DNA from: Octopus vulgaris
Taxonomy: Eukaryota
Assembly: GCA_951406725.2 (NCBI GenBank)
Contig: OX597830.1
Coordinates: 76,384,001 to 76,448,000, forward strand
Reading direction: 5' to 3'
Length of the DNA: 64,000 nt
The notes beneath the pieces are model-generated. The model did no database searches. It was not told the DNA's origin and saw only the letters and a program-made list of their open reading frames with translations. Shown piece by piece: positions 26,370 to 40,004 of the stretch (the stretch's first letter is position 1; each line of letters opens with the position of its first letter). A program made the translations under genes and the position numbers.

Positions 26370-26834
26370 ACTATCTATCTATCTATATATCTATCTATCT
26401 ATCTATTTATCTATCTACCTATATATCTACCTATCTATCTCTGTGAGTGAGTGTCTTTGTGTCTTTGTGTCTTTGTGCATTTCGCCACATATACTCTTGT
26501 CTTCGGTGAAAGTGACCGAGAGACTAAGTACCACAATTTTTTAAAAAATAGATATTAACTGGTGTCGATTTGTTCGACTATAAAGCCTTTGGGGTTATGC
26601 CCCAGCATGACCGCAGTCGAAGTAGAATACATACAACGTAACTTAATAAGAGGCTTCTCATTACCATTGATTTATACGCACGTACACACAGCCACACACG
26701 CATACACATACACACTCAAGCAGAGACACACACACACACACAAATACAGGTGTGTTCTTCATTAAGGAGCGTTTACCAGGAAAGCTTCTCTTTCAACTGA
26801 AACATATACAGCATCAATGAACCTCCATGTCTAA

Positions 26835-27130
26835 TTCTTCTTTTCTTTCTTCTTCTTCTTCTTCTTTTTCTTCTTCTTCTTCTTCTTCTTCTTCTTCTTC
26901 TTCTTCTTCTTCTTCTTTTTCTTCTTCTTCTCCTTCTTCTTCTTCAGCTTCTTCTTTCTTCTTTCAGCTTCTTCTTTCTTCTTTCAGCTTCTTCTTCTTC
27001 TTCTTCTTCTTCTTCTTCTTCTTCTTCTTCTTCTTCTTCTTCACCGCCGTCCTCTCCTCCTCTTTCCTCAGTTTGTTTTCGTTTTTGTTGTTCTTGTTTA
27101 CGTTCTCTTTCAGCTTCTTTTTTTTTTCTC
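26835..27130. repeat. (TTC)n field
   Basis: Direct reading; a similar tract lies at 53893-54020. Confidence 0.95.
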
Positions 27131-27540
27131 CTCATCCTCCTCTCCCCCTCTTCCCTGTTCTTCTTCCCTCCTCTCTCTCCACCTCCATCTGCCCTCTTCT
27201 GTTCCCCCTTTTTTTTTCTTCTCTTCTCCCACCACCCATACTCAAACAACACCCTCACTGTTGCTATGGTGTCAAATACAACGAACGACCTTTAAACTGT
27301 CAGAGTCTTATACGAAAATCTTTAAAAACATTATTGCTATTTTTAAATATTTCGCATTTCTGTTTTTGTTTTGACAAGAATTGTTAAAGATTCCTGCTAC
27401 TCGAGAGAACCAGCCTACGACTTCCTGGTGCGTACCATACAGGGGTGGTTTTGAGGTGTGGGTCACAAACTAGTCCGTATTTGTAGATGTAAAAATATCG
27501 ATAGTCATGTATGAGTGTATATGTATATAATAAACGCATA

Positions 27541-27946
27541 CTCTTTTACTTTTTGACTCTTTTACTTGTTTCAGTCATTTGACTGTGGCCATGCTGGAGC
27601 ATCGCCTTTAGTCGAGCAAATCGACCCCAAGGACTTGTTCTTTGTAAGTTTAGTACTTATTCTATCGGCCTCTTTTGCCGAACCACTAAGTTACGGGACG
27701 TAAACACACCACCATCGGTTGTCAAGCGATGTTGTGGGGACAAACACAAACACATAAACACACACACACATACATATATACATATATACGACGGGTCTCT
27801 TTCAGTTTCTGTCCACCAAATCGACTCACAAGGCTTTGGTCGGCCCGGGCTATAGTAGAAGACACTTGCCCAAGGTGCCACGCAGTGGGATTGAACCCGG
27901 AACCATGTGGTTCATAAGCAAGCTACTTACCACAGAGTCACGCGTA
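27541..27946 (-). mobile_element. SINE family A, full length, chimeric head
   Basis: Collinear with family A; head end and following flank identical to ~5786-5859. Confidence 0.9.
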
Positions 27947-28545
27947 CAATATTGACAATAACGTAGATAAGCGAGATGGTGATGGTGATGGCGCATGTCA
28001 ATTCTAATCAAGCAGGTAATCTTATCAAAGGCATTCCAAATGTAACCAGCCTGTGGTTTAAGGTACATTATCGAAAGTGTCCATCACTTTTTATTATCAG
28101 TACTGGTGCTATTTGAAGGGATCTAGTTACTATCTCTAGCAGATTGAGCGACCACTTAGTTGCTGTCTCAGTATCACGTAGAGTGAAGTGTTATTTTCTT
28201 TATTCTCCTTTGTACTTCTGTGAAAAATTTCTTTGATGTAAAGCTAGCTCTCAGTCCAACCTGTAGTTCAGTGTAGTGAGCTGAATTCAAAATAATTCAT
28301 TTTATTATGTGCCTATTTTCATACATGCATTAACCAACAGCTCAACGCTATTAGCTTTCATTTTGATTTCTTACGGAAAACAAAATGTAATGGGATCACG
28401 CTTATATATATATAAATATTTCTTATGTTTCTTTTATTTCTTATTTTTTTCTTTACTTGTTTCGGTCATTGGACTGCAATCATGCTGGGGCACCACCTTG
28501 AACAGTTTAGTTGACCAAATCAACTCCAGTACTTTTTCCTCTTTT

Positions 28546-28738
28546 TTCTTTTACTCGTTTCGGTCATTTGACTGCGGCCATACTGGAGCACCGCCTTTCG
28601 TCGAGCAAATCGACTCCAGGACTTATTCTTTGGAAGGCTAGTACTTATTCTATCGTTTTTTTTTTGCCGAACCGCTAAGTTACGGGAACGTAAACACACC
28701 ACCATCGGTTGTCAAGCGATGTTGTGGGGAGACACACA

Positions 28739-28824
<86 letters not shown>

Positions 28825-29002
28825 CATACACATATATACGACGGGCTTCTTTCAGTTTCCGTCTACCAAATCCACTCAGAAGGCTTTGGTCGGCCCAAGG
28901 CTATAGTAGAAGACACTTGCCCAAGGTACCACTTAGTGGGACTGAACCCGGAACTGTGTGGTTGGTAAGCAAGCTACTTACCAAACAGCCACTCCTGCGC
29001 CT
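28546..29002 (-). mobile_element. SINE family A, full length
   Basis: Ends ...CAGCCACTCCTGCGCCT; internal (CA)n(TA)n. Confidence 0.9.
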
Positions 29003-30204
29003 GTTTAGAGGGGGGTTTTTTCGGTTACTTTTGCCGAACCGCTACTTTACAGTTTGCCATATGCGTTTTATTTGCAGAACTGATTCGATGTGTTTCCCTG
29101 TTCAAATCCCCACTACAACAACTTTGCTTTTCATCCTTTCAGAGCCGTTTAAATAAACTACTCATCCACCAAGACTGGTGGATTGGTGGAACTATATGAA
29201 TGTTGGACTAAATGCCTTGTAGTATTAATCCCGGCTCTTTGCGTTCGTAAAAACTTGTCGGGGTGAACTTTGTCTTTCATCCTCTCGAGGCTGATGGATT
29301 GGTGGAACTGTATAAACATCAGACCGGATCCCTAGCAAATTTTTTTTTGCTTTTTAAAGTCGAATCCCGCTACAGCCTACATGGCTGCAAGATTTAATCC
29401 GTAACCCGGTTTCACATCATTAGCTCACATCTTGGGTAGCTTTAGTGAAGTTTAATCTGGTCCAGTAATTCGGACAAGAACTCTGGTTTGAGAAAAATCT
29501 GCCACTCTCTTCTCTGTTTCGGAGGCCCGTAAAGAGTCATATGCACTGCCGCTTCCTGAGTAGGAACAAATAATTAAATAAATAAACAACAAACAAAACT
29601 CTTCCCTAAAATAGTTCCCTCAGCCCTTGTTCCAGTCTGGAACAATGACGTTTCTATGCTCACTCATGCTAACAAGACCTACTTGGTCTCATCTTCTGTA
29701 CGAAGTGATGATTGTCGTATGCTGTTATCGCATTGTAGTAGCCCATAGCTAGGATTCAGCGAGCTGACAGAGATGGTTATCAAGAAACAGCGGTACCAAT
29801 AGTCTTGGAGACTGCTGGTACCACTGTTGATATCACCATCCGCCATTCTTTTCATCTGCTCTACCTCCTCTTCTTCAGGACCGAAGAATATCAAATGACT
29901 TTCACATCCATACTTGTAGGGACCAGGGCTTCTGTTTTTCATCTTTGTGTGTGTGTGTGGTGGGGCGAGTCTTTATGTTTGCTTGTCCTCGCCACGGTCG
30001 AAAACCGGTATTGGTTTGTTTATAACCCCGTAACATAGCGGTCCGGAAAGAACACAGAGATGAGTAGAATAAGTACTTATGGACTCACAAATGAGTATCG
30101 AGATCGACTTGTTCGAGTTACCCTTCAAGGTGGTGCCCCAGCATAACCACAGTCCAGCAATTGTAAATAGTAAAAAGAAACAAAAATTAAGAGTATATAT
30201 AAGA

Positions 30205-30502
30205 CCTGTGAGAGGATTTAGTAAACGGAAATTGAAAGAAGCCCGTCGTGTACGTGTGTGTGTGAGAGAGAGTGAGTAATCTGTCTGTCTGTATTTGTGT
30301 GTCTGTATTTGTCTCGTCACCTTCACTTGACAACCGATGTTAGTGAGTTTACGTCCCCGAAACATTACCGGTTCAGCAAAAGAGACAGATAGAATAAGTA
30401 CTAGGCTTACAAAGAATAGGTCCTGGGGTCGTTTTCCTCGACTTAGGGCGGTGCTCCAGCATGGTCGCAGTCGAATGACCGTAACAAATAAAAGAATAAA
30501 AG
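30205..30502 (+). mobile_element. SINE family A, headless copy
   Basis: GGATTTAGTAAACGGAAATTGAAAGAAGCCCGTCG...GGCGGTGCTCCAGCATGGTCGCAGTC...AAAAGAATAAAAG. Confidence 0.8.
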
Positions 30503-31529
30503 TACACACAAAACATACATACATACGCACATACATACATACATGCATGCATATATACATACGTATACACACACATGGTGCTTTTATTGATAAATGGAAA
30601 ACAGTAAAATTTATGTAAAGCACGTGTACAAGCAGCGGTGACACAACACACAAGAAGACATGAATGGAATTCTCACATAACTAAGTGTAAAAAAATGAAC
30701 TCAATGACACCTGGATAACAAAAGCTCACCCAGAATACTCTCTTTCTCTTTCTCTGTCTGTGTCTATGTCAGAAGCTCCAAAAAATACACGCGAGCGCAC
30801 ACACATGCATACATGGTTCTTACTTCAAAAAGAACTATGTATATATAAGTACACATTTAAGGCTTCGTAGCGGTTTGAAGTTGGATGCATGCGATGTTAT
30901 TATAACGGAGGGATATTTCTCTGTATATTTTGCAAGTTAATTCTGTGTAGGAAGCTCGCTGTAAAGATAGTTTCGCAGTTGAGTTTATTGATCACAGGAA
31001 TAGTGGTACAAGATGATTAAATGTTCTGTCTGCGCGCGTCTACATGTATGCGTGTGCGTACGTATAAATGTATATTTGTATGTATTTTTGTATGTATGTG
31101 GAATGTATATTTATATGTTGTATGTATGCATGTGTAAATATATATATATATACATCTATAAGTAGTTTTGCCATTTTTAAAGGCCAAGAATCAACTCATC
31201 ACTTTCTATTGAAAGAACTGATCAGCTGTAGAGATGTAAACACGTTTGTTTTCTCCTTTCACTCTTCCTTCATTCTTTCTTTCTCTTTTCCATTGACACG
31301 CCTTTCAGATATTATTTCCCCTGAATAATTTCGAAGAATATCCGACAGACATTCCTCGGTATTCTCATGTAGCATGTGTACCTCCATATCTCTATCTGAC
31401 TACCCAAGTTTCTTTCAACCTTTCATTTCTCCCTCTCCCACTTTCGAACATAAACTCCACTTACCCATTCATTCACTTTCTCTCTCTCTCTTTCTCTGTT
31501 ACACACACATATATATACACACATACACA

Positions 31530-31581
<52 letters not shown>

Positions 31582-31612
31582 TATATGTATACATACATAC
31601 ATACATATATAC

Positions 31613-31720
<108 letters not shown>

Positions 31721-31930
31721 GAAATACGAAGTAAACTGCATTTGGAATTTTATTTAATATATTGATATTTCGGGGCTATGGTCCCTTCTTCAGGACCTGT
31801 GGAAAAATGTAACATATATATGCATTATTGGGCAGTTTTCCATGAGCTAAAAACAAGCACATTAATGGTTATTACAAAATAGCATTAGCGTTAACTTTAA
31901 TTCTTTTTTATGTATGTACCGCTTCAAATA

Positions 31931-31993
31931 AACCTACACGTTTCTACTGAAATTGCAGTCTGACTATAATATCAGTGCAGTTTCTTCAGGATC
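31931..31993 (-). ncRNA. Type-I hammerhead ribozyme motif, intact catalytic core
   Basis: GAUC-CUGAAGA-A-ACUG...CAGU-A-GAAA-CGUG-UA-GGUU: all core nucleotides present, GUA triplet, stem I with two G-U pairs, extended stem II, quasi-palindromic stem III; ~120 bp from a Penelope-like ORF remnant. Confidence 0.6.
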
Positions 31994-32056
31994 TTCATTT
32001 TGATATACTTTGATCTGTGTAAAGTTTTCCGTTGATTTCCCTTGTGTTCTATGATG

Positions 32057-32096
<40 letters not shown>

Positions 32097-32112
32097 CGTG
32101 TGCATGTGTGTG

Positions 32113-32285
32113 CGAATTTTTTTAGCCTTCCAAACACTCTAGCGAACACCTTGTCTCTTGGCCTGGCCTTGCATCCTGGAACCACCACCGCTAGACTTCG
32201 CCAAGAACAGCAATATATATTCTGTCTTCGAACTCACGCACTGCATGGACTTAACATGCCTCTCGTTCCAGTATCAGCTTCCACC
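32113..32285 (+). mobile_element. Penelope-like element remnant (C-terminus of GIY-YIG endonuclease region)
   Basis: Translation FSLPN...LSLGLALHPG...RLRQEQQYIFCLRTHALHGLN matches the PLE C-terminal motif F....H....L....R...E...I..L.T..P.GLN. Confidence 0.7.
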
Positions 32286-32854
32286 TTCATTTTCCTTTTC
32301 TTCTGATATATTATTCGTTATTTTTTAATTTTTCATCTGCGTGTGTATTTCTTCCTTCCGTCTATAATATTCTATTTCATCTGCCATCAAGATAAATTAA
32401 GAAGAAGTAACAGGTACTTAATTTAATCTCCGAAATAAGAACTGAATAAATGCGCCTCCACCACTCATCTTCCTCTCCCACTTTCAAATGCCCCTCGCCA
32501 CATTTCTTTCGCTTTTCCTTGTCTCTCTTCGTTATCAATTAAGTTTATAATTACTGTCGTTGCCGAGGCTGAAGCTTCTGTTACAATTGTTATGGTAATG
32601 TTTGTTTTATGTTCATGTGAATATATGTACGAGCGCTCATAAATGCTTGAAAGTATATCAGTACACCCACACAACACACTTTGTGTGTGTGTGAGTGTGT
32701 GTGTGTGTATGTTTGTGTGTGTAAAACAGATATAATACATAAGTCTGTGTGATACAGCGAGACGGTTAAACGTTGTGTTTTGATCATGAATAAATAATAT
32801 TCACGGCTATACAAAATATACTGACAGTTGTAAAGTTTGGTGGAAAATACACAT

Positions 32855-32863
32855 ATACATACA

Positions 32864-32926
<63 letters not shown>

Positions 32927-33055
32927 TAGATAGATAGATATATTTAAATGATAGATATGTAACACAATAAAAATGCATTGCAAAATTACAAAAATAATTT
33001 TACATACTTGCATACATATATACATATGTATATGTGCATATATATATATATATAT

Positions 33056-33107
<52 letters not shown>

Positions 33108-33135
33108 ATGTATATAATATATGTGTATGTATATG

Positions 33136-33172
<37 letters not shown>

Positions 33173-33185
33173 ATATCTATGTATG

Positions 33186-33255
<70 letters not shown>

Positions 33256-33797
33256 TACGTATCTATGTATATACGTATATCTTTATATATACATTTGCAA
33301 CCAAGTATGTAAATAAGCACCGTGTGTAACTAACTCGTTTGCGCAACATACGCATCTAACATAGACATACACACACGTTAAATGTAGAAATAAATTATAG
33401 GAAAACAAAAAAAATAAATAAATACATGCAAACTGAAGAACAACCCCCACTCCGTACAATACCCCCAACACACACCACACACATACACAAATGTCCCTAA
33501 AAACAACAAATCCTTAATAGTTGAATAAGAAATTATTCAGTGGATAGATTTAATACAACAGAGAAATATCCAGTTACTACAAACCAAACATTTGTTTTCA
33601 TTAAAATGCAAGTCCTGTCTCTCAAGCAAAACATTTTACACACTTTTAGTTTTTATTCGTCGGGTTTTCTCTTGTTTTATATGGTTTTTTTTTCTTGACT
33701 TGATTGTTATTTTATTTGAGTTTTATTACATATTTTTGTCGTTTATTTATTCTTTGATTGATACGTTTACATTTTATATATATACATGTGTATGTAA

Positions 33798-33865
<68 letters not shown>

Positions 33866-33896
33866 TGTATATATATATACATATATATATATATAC

Positions 33897-33929
<33 letters not shown>

Positions 33930-34046
33930 CATATATATACATATATATACATATATATATATATACATATACATATATATACATATACATCCATATACAT
34001 ACATATATATCTATATATGCACTTATAAACACACACACATACACAC

Positions 34047-34105
<59 letters not shown>

Positions 34106-34145
34106 GGTGAGAAAGTATATATATATATATATATATATATGCATA
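32855..34145. repeat. Dense (TA)n / (TACA)n microsatellite clusters
   Basis: Direct reading; comparable tracts at 31533-31716 and 39461-39555. Confidence 0.95.
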
Positions 34146-34805
34146 TGTATGTGTGTTTGGGGAAGGGATATAGTCAATTACATCGAACCAAGTGCTCAAC
34201 TGGTAGTTAATAGTTTCCTCCCTTGTTAATCACTCGTATGGCTGTAGATGTCGCAAGAGGTAAGAAGAAAATCAGTTATTCTGTGCGCAGATCAAATATT
34301 ACAAATGATTTCGTTTTCTCTTTATTCAGACATAAGTATCTAACATCGAAATGCATCGCAACACAAATACATATACGTACGCATATTCACAGTTCATAAT
34401 ATTGATAGTCGACTGGCCCCCTCCCCCAAATTTCAGGCCTTGTGTCTATAGTAGAAAAGAATATTCATAATCACAAGAATTCTTTCTATCATAGATATTA
34501 GGACTTAAGGTTTGGGGAAGGGATATATCCATTAAGCCGAACCTTGTACTCAGCTTAAGCCTATTTCATCGACTCGGCAGTGTTTGAACACAGGACGAAA
34601 GAGCCGAAGGTAATGATGCGGGGCATTTTGTTTGATGCACTATTGAATGTGCCAGCTCACTACCAATAATAATAATAAAGTTGGTTACATAAACTCTAGT
34701 ATTTGTCTGAAATAAATCTTAGTTTCCGAAATTAAAGAAATGCAGCTAAGAGTTTTGTTCAAAGCGCAAGGGATTGTGCTACCTTATCATATATATATAT
34801 GTATT

Positions 34806-35005
34806 ATCTCTTATATAAAATCCGTTCTGTCTGTATATGCGTGTGTGTGTGTCTTCTAGGATCTTGGGCATCCTCCATCCAATTGCGCTCAAATTTGATA
34901 TGAAGATACCGACAGTATCAGGGCGTGTATAAATCTTGAAAAGATTACAAAAATCGATTCCAGGTGAGAATGCGATCGATAAAGCCGTGGGAACGTGCAT
35001 TTGTA
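34806..35005 (+). mobile_element. Possible non-autonomous Helitron 5' fragment
   Basis: Starts ATCTCTTATATAAAAT...CTGTCTGT..(GT)n...CCAATTGCGCTCAAATTTG, resembling invertebrate Helitron-N 5' ends; no 3' CTAG/hairpin found. Confidence 0.35.
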
Positions 35006-35464
35006 AAATCGTTTTTCTTAGAATAGAAAAAAGTCTATCTTTATTTCTTCTTTTGCTGGTGTCTCAAATTTAGGTTAACTCAGTGTTTCTCAAAGGGGAG
35101 GCCTATGGGATGGTCGGACAAGTTCTTTTGAGAAAATTTGGTTTAAATGTTTCACAACTCAGCACCGTCCATTGGATGGGGGAGGGGAGGCATTTTGCTC
35201 GTCTTGAATATATATTTATATTGACGAAATATGTCCTTTAAGTTAATTCAGCTTCAAAATAGTCTCTCTCACCCTGCTATATTTCTCCTTTAACCTTCTT
35301 TTACCCTATTCTATCACCTACTCCCTTGCAAGAGGAAATAAGTTGGTGGTTGAACGAAAATGTTTGTCATTTCAGTACTTCACCTTCATTGATTGCATTT
35401 AAGCGCATAAGTATTTAGCGTTAGCCGAACGATCTATACAAATATTTTGCTTATAGTGATCAAA

Positions 35465-35847
35465 TGTTGTGACCCCCTTCGGTCATGAATGACCATGGAA
35501 TTGCACCTAGAAAGTTACCCTCCGAGGCACAAGTCTGGGCAAGGTTGTTTATGGAAGAGCAGCAGTCACCCATGCATACCAACCTCAGCCTCTCCACGTC
35601 ACCGATGTTATCCAATGGAAAAGCGAAGGCCGATACAGCTTGTACCAGTGATGTCGCACTTATTTATTAACGTGCAAGTGGTTGAGCACTCCACAGACAC
35701 GTGTGCCCTTAACGTAGTTCTCGGGGAGATTCAGCGTGACACAAAGTGTGACAAGGCTGGTCCTTTGAAATGTAGGTACAACAGAAACAAGAAGAAAGGC
35801 GAAAGAGTACAGCAGGGTTCACCACCATCCCCTGCCGGAGCCTAGTG
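35465..35847 (-). mobile_element. SINE family C body (headless) fused to a different, RTE-like segment
   Basis: 35668-35847 aligns with 14605-14800; 35465-35665 is unrelated to the 14531 tail. Confidence 0.65.
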
Positions 35848-36373
35848 GTCAAACGCATAGCAGCTATGGACATTCATCCTTTTAAAAAGAAGATTAACAG
35901 TACCTTTCTATGTATAAAAGAGCAGGGTATTGTTTGAGTAAAATTTGGCTGAGACTTCTAGAGGAGCAAGTGACGAAATAAAGTCTTCTGCATTACGTTT
36001 TGCGTGCTATTTGTTTCCATTTAGCGACTTCCTATACAACATTGTGAAAACCCTGGTTTTGTGAAACCTTCCTTTATAATCACTCTTCTTCGGTGTTCAT
36101 TAAATATTTGTTACTGTTGTATGAGTTGTAGTGATGGAGGTGATGTAGCAGTGATCATGATGGTGGTAGCAGAGATGACGGTTGTCTTGATGGTAATGAT
36201 CATGTTGTTGTCGTGGTGGTGGTGGTGATGCTGAAGCGATATTTATGGTTATTGTAGCTAAGGTAATGGTGTTGCTGGTGGTGCTGATGGTGTGGGCAGT
36301 AGGGATGATGGCTGTGGTGTTGGTAGCAGTATTAAGTGTTATTGCATTGTTTTTTACGTCACTGTTTATTTGG

Positions 36374-36426
<53 letters not shown>

Positions 36427-36877
36427 CCATAATAGTAATAACTATAATAATGATAATAATAATAATCAATATCATTAGTATTATTACCATCGTTATTATT
36501 ATTATTATTAGTTATAGCAGTAGCAGTAGTAGCAGCAGTTGCAGCAGCAGCAGCAGTAGTAGTAGTAGTGGCAGCAGCAGCAGCAGTAGTAATAGTAGTA
36601 GTAGTAGTAGTAGTGATTTTGTATTTGTTATTTGTCTGGTAACCATAGAGATGAGGATGGAAATATTGCTCTTTATGCGTTTCTACTTCTACACTGTCTA
36701 ATGCTACAAAACAGGAAAAACCATAATTACAGATATGCGGTAGAGGCAGCTGAGGAAATTTAATCCGACTCATATAAATATGTGTGTGTGTGTGTGTGTG
36801 TATGTTTTGTTTCTGTCTGTGTGTTTGTATGCACACACGCACACACACACACACACACACACACTCATACATATGTA

Positions 36878-36926
<49 letters not shown>

Positions 36927-37945
36927 ATATACACACATAGTAGCTCGATCGATATGTTGCCAATCTACATACAGCTAAGCATCAGGAAATTGCATGCAAT
37001 GCTGCGAGTTTAGGCGCAAATTCGTTCTGAGCATCTTACGTGTACCTGTTACCACATGTCATTTAACATATTATTAGACATATTATATATGTGTGTACGT
37101 GTGTGAAGACGATGAGGATGGTGGCAAGGGTGGCGATGGTGGTGGTTATGGTGGTGGTGGTAGTGGTGGTGAAGATGGTGTTATTTAATAATTACTTTCA
37201 TGAGCCCGAAAAGCGAAATTCTGTCTTGAGAGGAACAGTCGATTATATGGACTTCAGTATTTGATTAGTGTTCTGTTTTATCGATCCCAGAGTAATGAAT
37301 GGCAAAGTTGACCCCTGCAGAATTTGGAACAAACACCGCTCTGCAATTTGCTCGGCGGTTCTAATGATACGAGAGGAAGATGTAGCCAATTACATCAATA
37401 CCACTGCGTGACTGGTACCTTATTAATATGGCGTACTTAATGCATTTGTGTGGATATTAACCAGAGGGTACAATTTTCCTCCGGAAGAAATCCCTTTATA
37501 CACGTATTGTGTTGGAAAACAACAATATGCTTTACAGCTAAGCGAAGCAAAATCGCCCCAGAATTTATCGTAAGAGCGACAAATACGACAGATACGTATT
37601 TCACCGTTGTTGCAGTTTCTCAATATCACATACTTTTCTCCCTTCTAAAACGAAATCGAATCTGCTACTCTGAAATACATAGACCTGTAAGGATAAATGG
37701 CTAAGTTCACCTCGGCGAGATTTGGACTCAAAATGTCAAGAGCCGGAAAAATATAGTTCGGCACATCACATTTTATGACGCTCAAGTGATGTTACCAATC
37801 CGCCTACCATATATAGATTACAAATGTTCTAATTTAAGCAGAAATGCTACCAATTTTTAAGCCGGTAGATTTCATTGATTTAGTTGAATACGCCAGCAAC
37901 CACCACCAGTTCGTAAACAGTTGACTAAAGATACTTTATAGTATA

Positions 37946-38154
37946 GAAGAGGGGATGCTGAAAAGGGTAAAACAAATCAGAAGAGGATCAGTTGATTTTG
38001 ATTACATTAAACATATTCCTCTCTCAGATTCACACACTTATTGTAGCTGTTCCTCAGTTTTTTGTAAACCCTGTAAAAGAATTCTGGAGGCTGGGCCTCG
38101 AGCCAGGCCTTTCGCGATACCCTTAAAGCCATGAGCATTTTCGCACCCCTCGTA
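37946..38154 (-). mobile_element. mariner-derived MITE with transposase C-terminal remnant
   Basis: Translation WLEAQPPEFFYRVYKKLRNSYNKCVNLREEYV matches the mariner C-terminus (W...QP.EF...G..KL..RW.KC....G.Y); inverted ends GAGGGGATGCTGAAAA / TTTTCGCACCCCTCGTA. Confidence 0.8.
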
Positions 38155-39139
38155 TTATATCGGATCGTCAGATGTGTGAGTATATCGGTTGATGCGGTTA
38201 CACACGCGCGCACCAGGTCATTGAAGAATATACCCGACGAACAGTTAGTCCGCGATTATAACCCTAATTAAAGAACTTGGTAATCATCGTTGGCAGTAAT
38301 TGCATTAATGCGGTGGAGTTAATACCCTTCTATCAAAACCTTAACGATAAGATCATGACATGACGCAATACAATGAAATATGGAATTACATATATACGTA
38401 TATACATACATATACAAACATTCAAATTCACACACACACATACACACGTACATATATACAAACATACGCACATGCATACATACATGCATACATACATACA
38501 TACATACATATAAGCAATAAGGGGATTAATGATGACCATCCATCATGATAGTTCTATAAGCCCTTTCGCTACTAGAGATTCATATCATAACATAATGTAA
38601 TAAATATATCAATTTCGAAACAGTTTATAACACATTGCCGTGACTAAATACAGCGAAGGAGGAAAAAAAGGCCATCATTATATTATTAGTAACCGACCAA
38701 TCGACTAACGGCAATTTTTAGGGTCCCTTGTGTAAAACTAAATCAATAGGAATGCACTTATCTATATTGACCAATCACAGTTAACCTGCTAAACTGGCAT
38801 TTAATGATGACTCAATAAGAGAGGTATTGATCCATTAAATCAATGTTTGAGATCTATCGTGATTACAAAGATATTATTGCATCGTGATATTTGCATTAGA
38901 GAGTGTATATTTACATACTCATAGTCACATTCATGTACGTACGTACCGCCTAGCTGAAACTCAGAAATTAGCAGGGAGAGACAGCAAGTTTTTTAATGTG
39001 GCATAGAACACCCCACAAACACACACACACACACACATACATACCCGCACACACGCAAACTACAACACACATGTATGTATGCGTATATATAAGTGTGTGG
39101 TGGTGGTGGGGGGCGTGTACATTTATATGTGGTTCATAT

Positions 39140-39277
39140 GTACAAAAGTATAAAACAGAGTCAGGTGAGCAAACAACAGGCCGACGTATTACTTTGACAC
39201 TCAGGAAAAATAAGAAAAAGTATTTTACGTTTCGAGCCTAAAGCACTTCGACAGAAAAGGATGAGGTAAAAAAAAAT

Positions 39278-39372
<95 letters not shown>

Positions 39373-39420
39373 AAGAAAGAAAAACGGATCAGGATCATGC
39401 ATTGTTGACGTCATAAGAAT
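39140..39420 (-). mobile_element. Short Penelope-like repeat with degenerate hammerhead motif (39223-39258)
   Basis: Minus strand UUU-CUGUCGA-AGUGCUUUAGGCUC-GAAA-CG-UA-AAA followed by CCTGAGTGTCAAAGTAATAC, homologous to 58748-58820. Confidence 0.5.
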
Positions 39421-39457
39421 TTAGAAACTTTGATAGAAGGTGAAATTTCATTTATTA

Positions 39458-39555
<98 letters not shown>

Positions 39556-39572
39556 TACATACACACACATAT

Positions 39573-39978
39573 AGGCGCAGGAGTGGCTGTGTGATAAGTA
39601 GCTTGCTAACCAACCACATGGTTCCGGGTTCAGTCCCACTGCATGGTATCTTGGGCAAGTGTCTTCTGCTATAGCCCCGGGCCGACCAATGCCTTGTGAG
39701 TGGATTTGGTAGACGGAAACTGAAAGAAGCCTGTCGTATATATGTATATATATATATGTATGTGTGTGTCTATTTGTGTGTCTGTGTTTGTCCCCCTACC
39801 ATTGCTTGACAACCGATGCTGGTGTGTTTACGTCCCCGTCACTTAGCGGTTCGGCAAAAGAGACTGATAGGATAAGTACTGGGCTTACAAAGAATAAGTC
39901 CCGGGGTCGATTTGCTCGACTAAAGGCGCTGCTCCAGCATGGCCGCAGTCAAATGACTGGAACAAGTAAAAGAGTAAA
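39573..39978 (+). mobile_element. SINE family A, full length, young
   Basis: AGGCGCAGGAGTGGCTGTGTGATAAGTAGC...GGGTTCAGTCCC...CAAGTAAAAGAGTAAA; very similar to 4745-5190. Confidence 0.92.
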
Positions 39979-40004
39979 CACATATCTACAGACACAGAAC
40001 TATC

